Source: an uncultured archaeon (lineage in GTDB: Archaea; Iainarchaeota; Iainarchaeia; Iainarchaeales; JAAZKV01). Taken from it: 57,345 nt of DNA. The translations under genes and the position numbers were made by a program. The DNA lies in contig CABMEU010000017.1 in the NCBI GenBank assembly GCA_902385225.1, positions 1-57,345 on the forward strand, read 5' to 3'. This document shows positions 7,240 to 17,550 of this stretch, one piece after another. The notes under the pieces are model-generated. The model saw nothing but the letters and a program-made list of their open reading frames with translations. It was not told the origin of the DNA and ran no database searches. How positions within the stretch are numbered: position 1 is the first letter of the stretch; each line of letters starts with the position of its first letter.

Positions 7240-9861
7240 TCACTTTTTCTTTCTCTTAATCGCTTCTGTTACAAAGAATAACTTTTCAAACGAGAATTCT
7301 TTCTCAAACTTGTGCCTCTCAAGCTCCTTTAGAACATCTTCATCAGTTTGGAGGCAAATCTTTAGTTCCTCGCAAACCGTTTTCTTTAAAGCGTTCCAAT
7401 CAGTGATAGCGCAAACATCCCCTTCCTTTGTTCCCATTAAGTGCATTATGCGTTTGCAGAACTTCTCTGTCGGAGTGAGTACTATTATTGGCGCAACAAC
7501 CTCTTTCTCCTCTCTCCACCTTGAGAGGCCAAAGTCCTCGGGGTAGGAGAACTTTCTTGCCACTTGCTTTGTTAAGAAAATATCCTTTCCGATTGTTAAG
7601 AAGAATTTCTTCTCATTGCTTGAAACACCCTTCGCAAGGTCGCTTAATTCAAGCTCATCAAGGAAGAGTGACTGGAGATCAAAGTAAATCTTTGCAATTC
7701 TGTTCATCGCGGCGATTCTCTCATCCATTACCGTTCCTTCGTGTTTCTTTAATTTGGCGTTCTTTTCAAGAAGATTAATTGAGGAAGAAAGCGAGGTAAG
7801 CACTTTCTCTAAATCCTTTTGCTTTGAGCAAAAATCCCCAAGCTCAGCTGAAACCATATTCCTAAGCATTTCCTGCTCGGACGGAGAAAGAACGCTCTTA
7901 TCATCAGAAGCCATCTTCTCAAGCTCCTGACCGTATTTAATCTTGGTAATAATCTTTTGTCTTAATGCTTCCTTAACAAAGAAAGTCACATTATCAAAGT
8001 CCTTGAACTTGCGTCCGGCGAATTTCTTTTGAATCAAGAGAATTCCTTTAAGATTAGCCTCAAGGTTCTTTGCTGAAGCGAGCATAATTGCGTGGTGCTT
8101 TGAGAGCTCAGTTCGCAGAGGCGAGAAATCATATTCAATCTGCTTAGCGGGTTCTGCGCCGGGTTCCGAAGTAATGTCCATTTCATCGGGTTCATTAAGC
8201 GCCTCGTGAAGCTCTTTTTTAACTTTAAGATTTGTTTTTGTGGTTTGAAGTTTAGTGTCCGTTTTCCCTTTACTTCCTTTAGCATTCTTATTTTTTCCTT
8301 TAACTTCATCCCCGACTTTTTCCGCTTCATTCTTGTCCTTCTCTTCCTCCATCTTCGGGAAGAATCTCTTCAAGTCCTTTGCGGTTTCAGGATAAATACG
8401 CTTAAAGAAACGCATAATTGAATCCAAATCATAAGGGACTTTAATTCGCTTAATATCCTCATTCCTCTCATATGCGGAACCTTGGAGCAAAAGATCAGAG
8501 AGCGAGCCCTTCTCTTCATGCAGGGATTTTCTGTCAACAAAATACAAGTCGCCGTTCTTGTCAGCGATTTTAATTACTGATTTGAAATAATTAGGCTCAA
8601 TTTTTTCATCCGTGAGTAAGCGGGAGATTAATTCAGAAGGAACATAATAGTAAATCACCGCTTTTCGGTGGTCCTTATATGAGCGAAGCAGGCGGCCAAC
8701 CTTTTGCACAAAGGAAGTTGGGTTGTAAATCGGGCTTGCTATTATTCCATGCGAAGCATAGGGAAAGTCAATTCCCTCTCCAAGAGTTCCAACAGAAATT
8801 AATACATTAAATTTCCCTTCCGCGAATTGGGATTTTAAATCATTAAAGTGATTTTTGGTGTTATATTTCTCAGATTTTGAGTGGTATGAGTGAGACACTT
8901 TGTCGCTAAAGCGCTCCGCGAGCATTTTGTTGAGCAAATCAGCTTTTTTAATTCTATTAACGAATACAAGCGTCTGGAGGCTGTTCTTTTTTCCAATGTT
9001 AAAATTATCCTCAAGAATTCTAGTAATCCCCACAAAATCCGTGCTCTTTGAGGAGAACACATCAGGCTCCTCTTCCGGCTTCAATTCCTCTGCCCCCTCA
9101 AGCTCATCCTTCTTCACTTTCTTTTTAGCCGGCATGCTTAATATTTTCTCAATATTATCCATTCCCTCATCAGGCAAAAAATCATCATACGCGCTTTCAA
9201 CCAAATCAACGGTTTGATCCGCGCTGTCAATCTTTTTGAACAATTGTTTATTCACCGAGTAGAAAACAATTTTAATTACAGGGTCAAGAATTATTTTATC
9301 CGCGAGCGCCTGCGAGAAAGTGTAAGTATAAACAATTCCCCCGAGATTAAAATCGGCGCCCTTCCCTTTTTTCTTTGGAGTAGCGGATAAGCCAAGCTTG
9401 TAAGTGATTGGCTCATTTGGGAATTTATAATTCTCAGTGGTGTTATGCATCTCATCAACGATTAGGAACCATTCGTGGTCCTTCCATTTGCACTCGTTGA
9501 AGAACTGCTTAATCTGATGGAAAGTTGAAATGAATACTTTGTAATTCTGTATTTTGTCCTGCGCGCAAACATACGCTTTTGATTCATTATTGCTTGATAC
9601 TTCGTAAATCTCTTTTCTTTGAATATTAGAAAACTCGTGAATTGAGTCAATCCACTGCTGAATTAGTGTAAGCCTTGGGCACACAATAAGCACTTTCAAA
9701 TCAGGGTTCTCTTCGAGCTTCTTTGTGATAAGCTTAACCGCAAGAACTGTTTTACCTGCGCACGGCACAGCCTGAATGATTCCTACGCGGTGCTTTTCCC
9801 ACGCCTCGATTGCTTCCGACTGCCATCCCCTAAGTTCGGGGCCCTTGTAAAGACTACTCAA
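7240..9861 (-). CDS. SF2 DExD/H helicase (Rad25/XPB/ResIII-like) with a long C-terminal extension
   Basis: LRGWQ Q-motif, AVPCAGKT, DEMH, LSAT, LGEGIDFP, QKVGRLLR. Confidence 0.9.
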   Translation of the reverse strand: MSSLYKGPELRGWQSEAIEAWEKHRVGIIQAVPCAGKTVLAVKLITKKLEENPDLKVLIVCPRLTLIQQWIDSIHEFSNIQRKEIYEVSSNNESKAYVCAQDKIQNYKVFISTFHQIKQFFNECKWKDHEWFLIVDEMHNTTENYKFPNEPITYKLGLSATPKKKGKGADFNLGGIVYTYTFSQALADKIILDPVIKIVFYSVNKQLFKKIDSADQTVDLVESAYDDFLPDEGMDNIEKILSMPAKKKVKKDELEGAEELKPEEEPDVFSSKSTDFVGITRILEDNFNIGKKNSLQTLVFVNRIKKADLLNKMLAERFSDKVSHSYHSKSEKYNTKNHFNDLKSQFAEGKFNVLISVGTLGEGIDFPYASHGIIASPIYNPTSFVQKVGRLLRSYKDHRKAVIYYYVPSELISRLLTDEKIEPNYFKSVIKIADKNGDLYFVDRKSLHEEKGSLSDLLLQGSAYERNEDIKRIKVPYDLDSIMRFFKRIYPETAKDLKRFFPKMEEEKDKNEAEKVGDEVKGKNKNAKGSKGKTDTKLQTTKTNLKVKKELHEALNEPDEMDITSEPGAEPAKQIEYDFSPLRTELSKHHAIMLASAKNLEANLKGILLIQKKFAGRKFKDFDNVTFFVKEALRQKIITKIKYGQELEKMASDDKSVLSPSEQEMLRNMVSAELGDFCSKQKDLEKVLTSLSSSINLLEKNAKLKKHEGTVMDERIAAMNRIAKIYFDLQSLFLDELELSDLAKGVSSNEKKFFLTIGKDIFLTKQVARKFSYPEDFGLSRWREEKEVVAPIIVLTPTEKFCKRIMHLMGTKEGDVCAITDWNALKKTVCEELKICLQTDEDVLKELERHKFEKEFSFEKLFFVTEAIKRKKK

Positions 9862-10090
9862 CTACTGCTCACCAGGAACAATTTTGTCAAGGGAAAAAGT
9901 TAAAAGAATAGGTATTTTTGCTAAAGCCGTTAGTTTTGGTTAATAGAGTAAGTATACGCGACCAAAAGCGCAAAAAGATGAAAATATTTCTCAAAAAGTA
10001 TCTTCATTTACCCGCTCTTGCACCAGTTAAATTTTTAATTTCTTCGCTTCACTACATCACTCCCAAAAAAAGGGAAAGGAGTTGAGAGTT

Positions 10091-10240
10091 ATGATAAGAG
10101 AAGAAAATTTTGTTGATGATTTGAACTGCGACGAGCTGTGCGTTCTGTCAAAAAAGAAAAGGCTGGGCGGGAAATTAAGCGATAAGAAGATGACAAGACT
10201 TGCCGTGGATAAAATGAATGCGAATCTCTGCGAGTGCTAA
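10091..10240 (+). CDS. 49-aa Cys-containing small protein
   Basis: MIREENFVDDLNCDELCVLSKKKRLGGKLSDKKMTRLAVDKMNANLCEC; GGAGTTGA RBS before, T-tract after; below the ORF-track cutoff. Confidence 0.6.
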   Translation: MIREENFVDDLNCDELCVLSKKKRLGGKLSDKKMTRLAVDKMNANLCEC

Positions 10241-10375
10241 AATTCACATTCTTTTATTTTTTTTCACAAACCGCTGAACTTATGCTAAACCTTTTGGTTG
10301 GATTTAAGTAACCCATATAAACCTTTTACTCTTCGATGGTGTTATCGCCTGATGAAATTAGTGAAGTTGAGAAAT

Positions 10376-11176
10376 ATGTCTGAGAAAATAATTGAAGTGA
10401 AGAAGCTGAAGAAGTGCTTCGGTTCGCTATGCGCGGTAAATGAAGTAAGTTTCTCTGTTGAGAAGGGCGAAATATTCGCTTTCCTTGGACCAAACGGCGC
10501 AGGAAAGAGCACTACAATAAAAATTCTCACAACACTTCTCCACCCAACCTCAGGAGAAATATTAATGAACGGGCACGACCCGTCAAAAGACCCTGATGCG
10601 GTTAGAAAAAGCTTTGGAATAATATTTCAGGACCCGAGTCTTGATGATGATTTAACCGCTTATGAGAATCTGGAATTTCATGGCGTGCTGTATGACGTGC
10701 CAAAGGAAATACGAAAAGAAAGAATCGAACAGCTCTTAAAAATCACTGAACTTTGGGATCGAAAAGATAATTTGGTAAAGCAATTCTCCGGCGGAATGAA
10801 GAGAAGACTTGAAATTGCGCGCGGACTATTGCACCACCCGAAAATATTCTTCCTTGATGAGCCCACAATCGGACTTGACCCGCAGACAAGAAATCACATT
10901 TGGAGCTACATACTTGAATTAAATAAAAAAGAAGGAATCACGGTTTTCTTTACCACGCATTACATGGAAGAAGCGGCAAAATACGCCGGCAGGATAGCTG
11001 TCATTGACCATGGGAAAATAGTTGCTCAAGGGACGGCAGGGGATTTGAAGAAAAAAACCAAATCAAAAACACTTGAAGATGCTTTCATTAAACTCACTGG
11101 GCACGGAATAAGGGATGAGGGCGCTAGCAGTGTGGAAAGATTAAAGAGCGCAATGAGACACATGGGGAGAAGATGA
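10376..11176 (+). CDS. ABC transporter ATP-binding protein (DrrA-like)
   Basis: GPNGAGKST, FSGGMKRR, LDEPTIGLDP, TTHYM. Confidence 0.95.
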   Translation: MSEKIIEVKKLKKCFGSLCAVNEVSFSVEKGEIFAFLGPNGAGKSTTIKILTTLLHPTSGEILMNGHDPSKDPDAVRKSFGIIFQDPSLDDDLTAYENLEFHGVLYDVPKEIRKERIEQLLKITELWDRKDNLVKQFSGGMKRRLEIARGLLHHPKIFFLDEPTIGLDPQTRNHIWSYILELNKKEGITVFFTTHYMEEAAKYAGRIAVIDHGKIVAQGTAGDLKKKTKSKTLEDAFIKLTGHGIRDEGASSVERLKSAMRHMGRR

Positions 11177-11925
11177 ATATGAATTCACCGGTGTATATTT
11201 TGTGGCTGAGGCAGGTAAAGAAATACTTCCGCTCGCGCTCAAGAATTGTAGGGGCGCTTGGACAGCCGACGCTATTCTTAATCGCACTTGGATTCGGATT
11301 CGGACCCGTGTTCGCAAAAGCGGGCGGGGGAAATTACCTTGAGTTCCTTGTTCCCGGAATAATTGCGCTAAGCATTTTATTCACCGCAACCTTCTCCGGA
11401 ATTGAGGTTATTTGGGACAGACAATTCGGTTTCCTAAAAGAAACACTTGTTGCGCCCGTGAACAGAACAAAAATAATGCTCGGCAGAACACTTGGCGGAG
11501 CGACGGTAGCGGTAGTACAGGGATTAATTGTAATGCTCATCTCGCTTTTGCTCGGATTCCAGTTTAATGTTTTGATGCTTCCTGTTGCGGTAGTATTCAT
11601 GTTCCTCCTGGGACTGCTATTTACTGCTCTAGGAACTGCAATTGCCTCGCTAATGGAGGACATGCAGGGATTCCAGCTCATAATAAACTTCCTGATAATG
11701 CCTCTCTTCTTTTTATCAAACGCGTTATTCCCGGTGGATAATCTTCCAGGACCTCTTGCGGCGGTCACACAACTAAATCCGTTGAGTTATGGTGTTGATG
11801 GAATGAGAGGAGCACTTACCGGAGTATCCCAGTTCGGGCTTTTTTTGGACTTTTCAGTGCTTGCGGTAATTGTAATTGCAATAATGCTTATCGGCGGAAA
11901 ATTATTCTCCAAAATACAGGCTTAG
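11173..11925 (+). CDS. ABC-2 type permease (DrrB-like)
   Basis: FLVPGII, DRQFGFLKE, NPLSYGVDG; ATGA overlap with the ATPase. Confidence 0.93.
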   Translation: MNMNSPVYILWLRQVKKYFRSRSRIVGALGQPTLFLIALGFGFGPVFAKAGGGNYLEFLVPGIIALSILFTATFSGIEVIWDRQFGFLKETLVAPVNRTKIMLGRTLGGATVAVVQGLIVMLISLLLGFQFNVLMLPVAVVFMFLLGLLFTALGTAIASLMEDMQGFQLIINFLIMPLFFLSNALFPVDNLPGPLAAVTQLNPLSYGVDGMRGALTGVSQFGLFLDFSVLAVIVIAIMLIGGKLFSKIQA

Positions 11926-12011
11926 CCTAAACAAAAGCAAAACCATTCTTAATTCCAAAAGCCAACCTTTAAATGCAAGAAAAGCGTACTTCTGGGCAAG
12001 GTGATATTGTA

Positions 12012-12266
12012 ATGGGAGCAATCCTAAATATAACAAACATCGGGCTTGTGCTGCTGCTAATCGCATTTTTAGTGCAGCTCGCTTACTCGAAAAAAGCTAA
12101 GAAAGGCACGCCGATGGTAGTGCAGAAAAAATTCATTGCGATATACGCAATAGGCGCGCTCGCAATAGCATTAGACCAGTTCATGAATAACATGATGGTT
12201 CCGTCAGCGTTGAACCTTCTGATACTCATCGCGGTGCTAATGATAGCAATAAAGATGAAAAAATAA
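12012..12266 (+). CDS. Small 3-TM membrane protein
   Basis: AGGTGA RBS; three hydrophobic helices. Confidence 0.65.
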   Translation: MGAILNITNIGLVLLLIAFLVQLAYSKKAKKGTPMVVQKKFIAIYAIGALAIALDQFMNNMMVPSALNLLILIAVLMIAIKMKK

Positions 12267-12285
12267 AAGCAGCTTAACTGCCACT

Positions 12286-12317
12286 GACGGCTGCGCGAAA
12301 ACGCGGCTGTCTTTTTT
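12286..12317 (+). terminator. Hairpin plus T6 terminator
   Basis: GACGGCTGCG-CGAAAA-CGCGGCTGTC-TTTTTT. Confidence 0.7.
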
Positions 12318-12438
12318 GGCAAAACAATTATCTTGACTATAAGAATCCCCTACATAACAACTTTTTTTTGATAAAACCTCAACAATTTTCTTAGGTGAAT
12401 CCGTTAGCTTTTTAACTATTTTTCCTCATGCGATTTTC

Positions 12439-13914
12439 ATGGACGCGGGGCAGCAGGCACAGGATATGGCGCTCTTTGTGGAGAAGGCACTAGGAAATTC
12501 ACTCTCAAGAGCCGCTTTAAGATTCTGCACAAAAAGATGCAAATGCGGAAGAAGGGTGGAAATTGCGCTTGAAGAATACGCCGGGCTGAAACCAAAAATG
12601 TGCGTAGGGTGCAAAATCTCCTCAAAAATAATTAACTTTACAATTTCCTCGCTTGCGAAAAGAGGAAAAGTGAAAGACACGGATTTGATGCTTTGTATAA
12701 AAGAGCCCTATTGGAGAAAAGGACTTGCGACAGTAATGGAAGGAATCGCGCACTTTGGAATCACAAAACCCTTCACTGGCTCCTCCCCATTTCTAATTGT
12801 TTGGAATATCACAAAAGCGTGCAACCTTGCGTGCAAGCACTGCTATGAGGACGCGCATATACGCGCCCCTGATGAATTAACCACTGAAGAAGCGCTTGCT
12901 GCCGTGGATAAACTCGCGGACGCCGGAATAGCATACATTGCGGTTTCCGGAGGAGAGCCGTTAATGCGACCGGACTTTTTTCAAATCGCTGAACACATGA
13001 AGAAGAAGAATATTGCGCTAAGTATTGCCACAAATGGAACACTAATCACAAAAGAGAATGCCAAAAAGTTAAAGGACGTGAATTGTCTTTATGCGCAGGT
13101 GTCCCTTGACGGGTCCAATGCGAAAACACATAATGAATTTCGCGGAAGAGAGAGCTTTGAGAGAACAATTGAGGGAATAAAAAATCTTGTTGAGAACGGG
13201 ATAAGCGTGGGGGTGTCCTGCACCGTCACAAAACACAACTACCACGAGGTAGAGGAAGCGATTGACCTAAGCGAAAAAATAGGGGCAAGCATATTCATGC
13301 ATTATAATTTCATTCCAACCGGAAGAGGAAAAGAAATCACTAAACTAGATATTTCTCCCCAGCAGAGGGAAAAACTACTTTTGATGCTCGCAAAACAAAG
13401 CGGGAAAAGAAAGGTTGCATTACTTTCCACCGCCCCGCAATATGCAAGAGTATGCTCCGGATTTGCAGTTGGCTCACTCACACACTTTGATATTTTCGGC
13501 AAGGACCCCGAGATGGCGAAAGTTAGTTCATTTTTGGCTGATTTTGTAGGCGGATGCGGAACAGGAAGATTATATTTAGCAATGGAACCAAACGGGGACA
13601 TAAAACCATGCGTATTCATCCCGGTAAAAATCGGCAACATTAAGGAAAGCGATTTTAGAGAAATGTGGCTGGAGAACCGCAGTCTGAGAGAAATAAGGGA
13701 CAGGAAAAAATTCATCGGGCACTGCGCAATATGCGAATTTCGCGCTTCCTGCGGAGGATGCAGAGCGCGCTCGTATGGATATTATGGTGATTTAGTGCAC
13801 GCGGACCCAGGGTGCATGCTAAATGTTAAAGACTGGGAGAAGATTACTGGGAAGAAGTCAAGAAAAGCGGGGAAGAAAGGAAAAGGAAAAAAAGTTGTAA
13901 AGAAAAGAAAGTGA
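12439..13914 (+). CDS. Radical SAM/SPASM domain protein with an N-terminal Cys-pair domain
   Basis: CNLACKHC, SGGEP, SPASM CGTG...IKPC...CAIC.....CGGCR; N-terminal CKC...CVGC. Confidence 0.93.
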   Translation: MDAGQQAQDMALFVEKALGNSLSRAALRFCTKRCKCGRRVEIALEEYAGLKPKMCVGCKISSKIINFTISSLAKRGKVKDTDLMLCIKEPYWRKGLATVMEGIAHFGITKPFTGSSPFLIVWNITKACNLACKHCYEDAHIRAPDELTTEEALAAVDKLADAGIAYIAVSGGEPLMRPDFFQIAEHMKKKNIALSIATNGTLITKENAKKLKDVNCLYAQVSLDGSNAKTHNEFRGRESFERTIEGIKNLVENGISVGVSCTVTKHNYHEVEEAIDLSEKIGASIFMHYNFIPTGRGKEITKLDISPQQREKLLLMLAKQSGKRKVALLSTAPQYARVCSGFAVGSLTHFDIFGKDPEMAKVSSFLADFVGGCGTGRLYLAMEPNGDIKPCVFIPVKIGNIKESDFREMWLENRSLREIRDRKKFIGHCAICEFRASCGGCRARSYGYYGDLVHADPGCMLNVKDWEKITGKKSRKAGKKGKGKKVVKKRK

Positions 13915-13930
13915 TAGCAGGGCGCGAAGT

Positions 13931-14536
13931 TTAGCGTCTTATTCGTCCCTTGGCTTTAACTTTAATTGTCTTTGGTTTAAAATCAAAAGCGAGCTGGTTT
14001 GAGCCGCGCCTGTCTAGGTGAGGTTTCATTCTTAACTCAAGTTCTTCAGGTAGAAGCCCTCTTTTTAGCCTTACTTTTCTCTCCCTAGCAAGAGCTCTCA
14101 AAAAATGTTCTCTTTCAGTTACCTCACTCTTATTGAACAATTGTTTTTCAAGAACCGCGACATCGTGTTCAGTAACTCTCTCACTTAGGGTTGGAATTTG
14201 TATCTTTGCCCTTCTTGCAAGTGACCTCAAAAACTCCAGACGTTCTTTTGGCGGAAACATAATATTTCCCCCGATAAGTCCCCTTCCATTTGAAAGGAAA
14301 AGCAATTTGTAGGTTCTAACCCTTGAGCGCGCCATGAAATGGTTAATTACTTCCCGTATGAAAATATTCTCCCTCTCAGCGGTAGTTGGCTCCCTCTGCC
14401 ACTTCCTGTGCGCTGAAGTAATCCCAAGCTCGCCTGCGATTCTCAATAAATTCTTGCGGTTAAACTCTTCAGGGGTTGAAGGAAATTTAGGTTTCTTTCC
14501 CGCTTGAGAAACCGGCTGAGTAGAAGCTGTTTGCAT
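13931..14536 (-). CDS. Basic orphan protein with an internal ER..FLR.LAR repeat
   Basis: 201-aa Arg/Lys-rich ORF; ERLEFLRSLARRAKI and EREHFLRALARERKV. Confidence 0.65.
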   Translation of the reverse strand: MQTASTQPVSQAGKKPKFPSTPEEFNRKNLLRIAGELGITSAHRKWQREPTTAERENIFIREVINHFMARSRVRTYKLLFLSNGRGLIGGNIMFPPKERLEFLRSLARRAKIQIPTLSERVTEHDVAVLEKQLFNKSEVTEREHFLRALARERKVRLKRGLLPEELELRMKPHLDRRGSNQLAFDFKPKTIKVKAKGRIRR

Positions 14537-14622
14537 AAGTAATTCCTTATTGCGAAGTATAAAAGCCTTTTTGGGGGCGGTACTTCTAAAGGTTTATTAA
14601 CTATTAATCACTTTTTTGTGAT

Positions 14623-16239
14623 ATGAAAAAAGAGCGGGAGTGGGCGAAAAAAGCCAGAGAGATTATTCGGTCACACTGGCCATTTTTAGTCATATTTCTC
14701 ATAGCGATTTTCTTTTACCTGCACAACATCGGTGCGCTGAGTTTTTGGTCTGACGAAATATGGGTTGCAAAATCAGTTTCACTTACTCCCACTATTGAGA
14801 GCATGATTTATTTCACAGAAACCCCGCAATCCACTCCGCCGCTATTTTTACTTGCCTTAAAGGGAATAATTTTTGTGCTTGGCACCTCAGAGTGGGCGTT
14901 TAGAATTCTCTCGGCGATTTGCATAATTTTATCAGTGGCGCTTGTTTATTTACTCGCGCTGAAAATATCAAAGAAATGGTTCAGCGGAGGGGATAAGAAA
15001 TTTGCTTTAATCTCGGCTGCTTTTTTTGCGTTTAATCCCCTTACACAAAGATATGCGCAGGAACTAAAACAATACGCCGGCGATATGCTAAGCTTTCTTC
15101 TTCTGCTAAATCTTGCGGAGTGGTACTTTGAGAGCAGAAGCAAAAAATCATTCTGGGCGCTGGTTCTTGCCTGCATTATACTCCCCTGGTTCTCGCAGGC
15201 ATCAATATTCCTGGTTGCGGTGATATGCACAAGGTTTGTTTATGAATTCTTGTGGAAAGAAAAGGGGCTTGCGCGAATAATATCCAGACGGCTGACAAAA
15301 GAAAACCTTCGGGAAATAAAAAACACGATAATAATTATCCTTACGGCGGGGGTATCTTTTGCCGCGGAGTATTACCTTATACTTGCAAAGGTCACGGGAA
15401 ACTCAATCCTTCTTAATTACTGGGAAACAATGCATACCCAGCTCTTTCCTTTATGGAAAGTGAATTTGTTCTCCCTCTCCGGATTCTCTGATTTTATTAA
15501 CTTTGTAGTCAGCCACACATATTCAATTTTCTCATTCCTGTTCAGAAACTTTTACCGCCTCGACCTAATGATTATCCTAATTCTCTTCCTTTGCTTCATA
15601 TTTATTGCGTTTAACAAAAACAGGGCATTTTTATTCACAGTGCTCGGCATTTTTGCATTTAACCTTCTTGCGGCGCTTGCCGGCAAATTTCCTTACGGCG
15701 GAACAAGAGTAGTATTGTTTTTCCTGCCAATACTCTCAATCGCGGTTGTTTATGCGCTATGCCAATTAATCATAACCCACAAGTCGCTCTTTAGGCACTA
15801 CCTGAAAATAACTCTGGTTATTCTGGCGGTCCTCCTATTGTTTGGAACATATATTCATTTTTTTACAGTGTATTCGCTCGCGGAGAACGCAAAACCGCTG
15901 TTAGAGAAGTATGTTGCTGAAAAAAAGCAGGGCGAATTCACAATGATTTATGAGGGAAGCAGAATTAATTTTGGGTATTACTGCCCGGCGTGCGCGGATA
16001 ATAAAACCATTTATATTAATGCCCCAAACGGGATGGGGGAGCAATACCTGGAAAAAACCCAAACACAGATTGGAAAAATGGATAGCGGAGCGAGAATCTG
16101 GCTGTTCTTCTCTACTTTCTCATCAGTGGGTTTTACAACAAATGAAATGAATCAGGTCGTCGAATATTTTGATATGAGCTGCGTGAAGCTAAAAGAGTAT
16201 GATGATGTCGGTGCCTGGCTTTACCTTTACAAGTGCTAA
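14623..16239 (+). CDS. GT-C (GT39/PMT_2-like) membrane glycosyltransferase
   Basis: FWSDE, PPLF, YAQELKQY motifs; many TM helices. Confidence 0.85.
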   Translation: MKKEREWAKKAREIIRSHWPFLVIFLIAIFFYLHNIGALSFWSDEIWVAKSVSLTPTIESMIYFTETPQSTPPLFLLALKGIIFVLGTSEWAFRILSAICIILSVALVYLLALKISKKWFSGGDKKFALISAAFFAFNPLTQRYAQELKQYAGDMLSFLLLLNLAEWYFESRSKKSFWALVLACIILPWFSQASIFLVAVICTRFVYEFLWKEKGLARIISRRLTKENLREIKNTIIIILTAGVSFAAEYYLILAKVTGNSILLNYWETMHTQLFPLWKVNLFSLSGFSDFINFVVSHTYSIFSFLFRNFYRLDLMIILILFLCFIFIAFNKNRAFLFTVLGIFAFNLLAALAGKFPYGGTRVVLFFLPILSIAVVYALCQLIITHKSLFRHYLKITLVILAVLLLFGTYIHFFTVYSLAENAKPLLEKYVAEKKQGEFTMIYEGSRINFGYYCPACADNKTIYINAPNGMGEQYLEKTQTQIGKMDSGARIWLFFSTFSSVGFTTNEMNQVVEYFDMSCVKLKEYDDVGAWLYLYKC

Positions 16240-16252
16240 CTAACTAATCCGC

Positions 16253-16936
16253 TTAGTTGCTAAATCTGCGTTTTAGCAGAAGCAAAAACGCCTTCACTCC
16301 ATCCGCAATAGTTACCTTCTTCTCAGCCTTTGTCCTTGCGACATAACTTATTGGGACTTCACAAATCTTAATATTTCTTTTGAGAAGCTCAATTGTAATT
16401 TCCGTATCCAAATCAAATCCGCTGGTTTTGAGAGTGAGATTTTTGAGGAGTTTTGTTTTGATGAGTTTGTATCCTGTTTGCCCGTCAGTGATTCTCTGCC
16501 CAAAAAGAATGTTTGTTGCAAAGGAAAGGAATTTGTTGCCAAACCAGTGAGTAAAACTCATCCTTTTTATGTCTCCAAGAAATCGCGAACCATAAACCGC
16601 ATCAAATTCTTTCGCCTTATCAAGCATTGAGGGCAAATCCTTCGGGTGATACTCAAGGTCGGCGTCCTGAATCAAAACAAATTCTCCGCTTGCGACTTTT
16701 AGACCCTCTTTTACCGCATGCCCCTTCCCGCGGTTCGTCTCAAAGTCCAACACTTTTGCAAATCTCTTTCCTTTCAGAATGCGGCTCGCTATTTTGAGGC
16801 TCCTATCGCTTGAGCCGTCATTAACAACAATTATTTCCTTCTCCCAGCCGGCGTGATTAAATGAGAGCACGCGCTTTAGAGAAACCTCAAGGTCCTTCTC
16901 TTCATCAAAAACAGGAATTATTATTGAGAGCTTCAT
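16253..16936 (-). CDS. GT2 glycosyltransferase (DPM1-like)
   Basis: IIIPVFDE, VNDGSSD, NRGKG, QDADLEY. Confidence 0.92.
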   Translation of the reverse strand: MKLSIIIPVFDEEKDLEVSLKRVLSFNHAGWEKEIIVVNDGSSDRSLKIASRILKGKRFAKVLDFETNRGKGHAVKEGLKVASGEFVLIQDADLEYHPKDLPSMLDKAKEFDAVYGSRFLGDIKRMSFTHWFGNKFLSFATNILFGQRITDGQTGYKLIKTKLLKNLTLKTSGFDLDTEITIELLKRNIKICEVPISYVARTKAEKKVTIADGVKAFLLLLKRRFSN

Positions 16937-17037
16937 GAATTAAGGATATTAATTTAGTATTATTAATACCTGTGATTAAGACCAGTTATTCTTAGCACAA
17001 GGCAAAGGAATTTAAATCGGGAAACGTTTTCTTTGTC

Positions 17038-17484
17038 ATGACTAATGTTGAAGAAATGATTTTAGGTATTACGAATGAGGAAGTGAAAGCGCTGCAAAAG
17101 GAATTAATCGTCCTATATAACATGGAATCCTTTGAGAGAAAGAATTACCTTGAACAATCAATGAAACTTGAGGGGGGCATAATTGAAGTAGTAAAGGACC
17201 TTGAGCAACAGGAAGAAATGCACGAGGCTGTACTAGCGATGATCTTAATTAAGGCCGGAATAAAGGCAAAAGAAACTAGCGAAAAACTGCCCGAGTTAAT
17301 GATAAGCAGACCGGTATCAAAAGTCGTAAAACTTGATATTGAGCGGGAGAGAACCGCAATTGGGCTTTATGAAGAAATAATCTCAAAAGCGGGACCAAAT
17401 CTGGCAAAAGTGCTAAAATTCATAATGGAGCAGGAATTTGGGCATGTAAAAATACTTGAGAGGTTTTTGCTTAATAGCCAGTGA
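17038..17484 (+). CDS. Ferritin-like/rubrerythrin-family di-iron protein
   Basis: Two E..H motifs (QEEMH, QEFGH) and E...I..Y. Confidence 0.75.
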   Translation: MTNVEEMILGITNEEVKALQKELIVLYNMESFERKNYLEQSMKLEGGIIEVVKDLEQQEEMHEAVLAMILIKAGIKAKETSEKLPELMISRPVSKVVKLDIERERTAIGLYEEIISKAGPNLAKVLKFIMEQEFGHVKILERFLLNSQ

Positions 17485-17550
17485 ATTAGCTAAAAATCCT
17501 AAAGCTGATTTACTGCGAAGCATTAAATACACAAAAAGCGTCTTCTTAGC

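Noticed and set aside
9978..10085. 35-codon ORF upstream of the Cys peptide
   Set aside because: No RBS or motif, and it overlaps the promoter/RBS region of the 10091 gene.
10333..10360. Fluoride riboswitch-like CGATGGTGTTATCGCC-TGATGA
   Set aside because: It lacks the 5' GG needed for P1, the intervening hairpin and the 3' pseudoknot partner, and the downstream gene is not fluoride-related.
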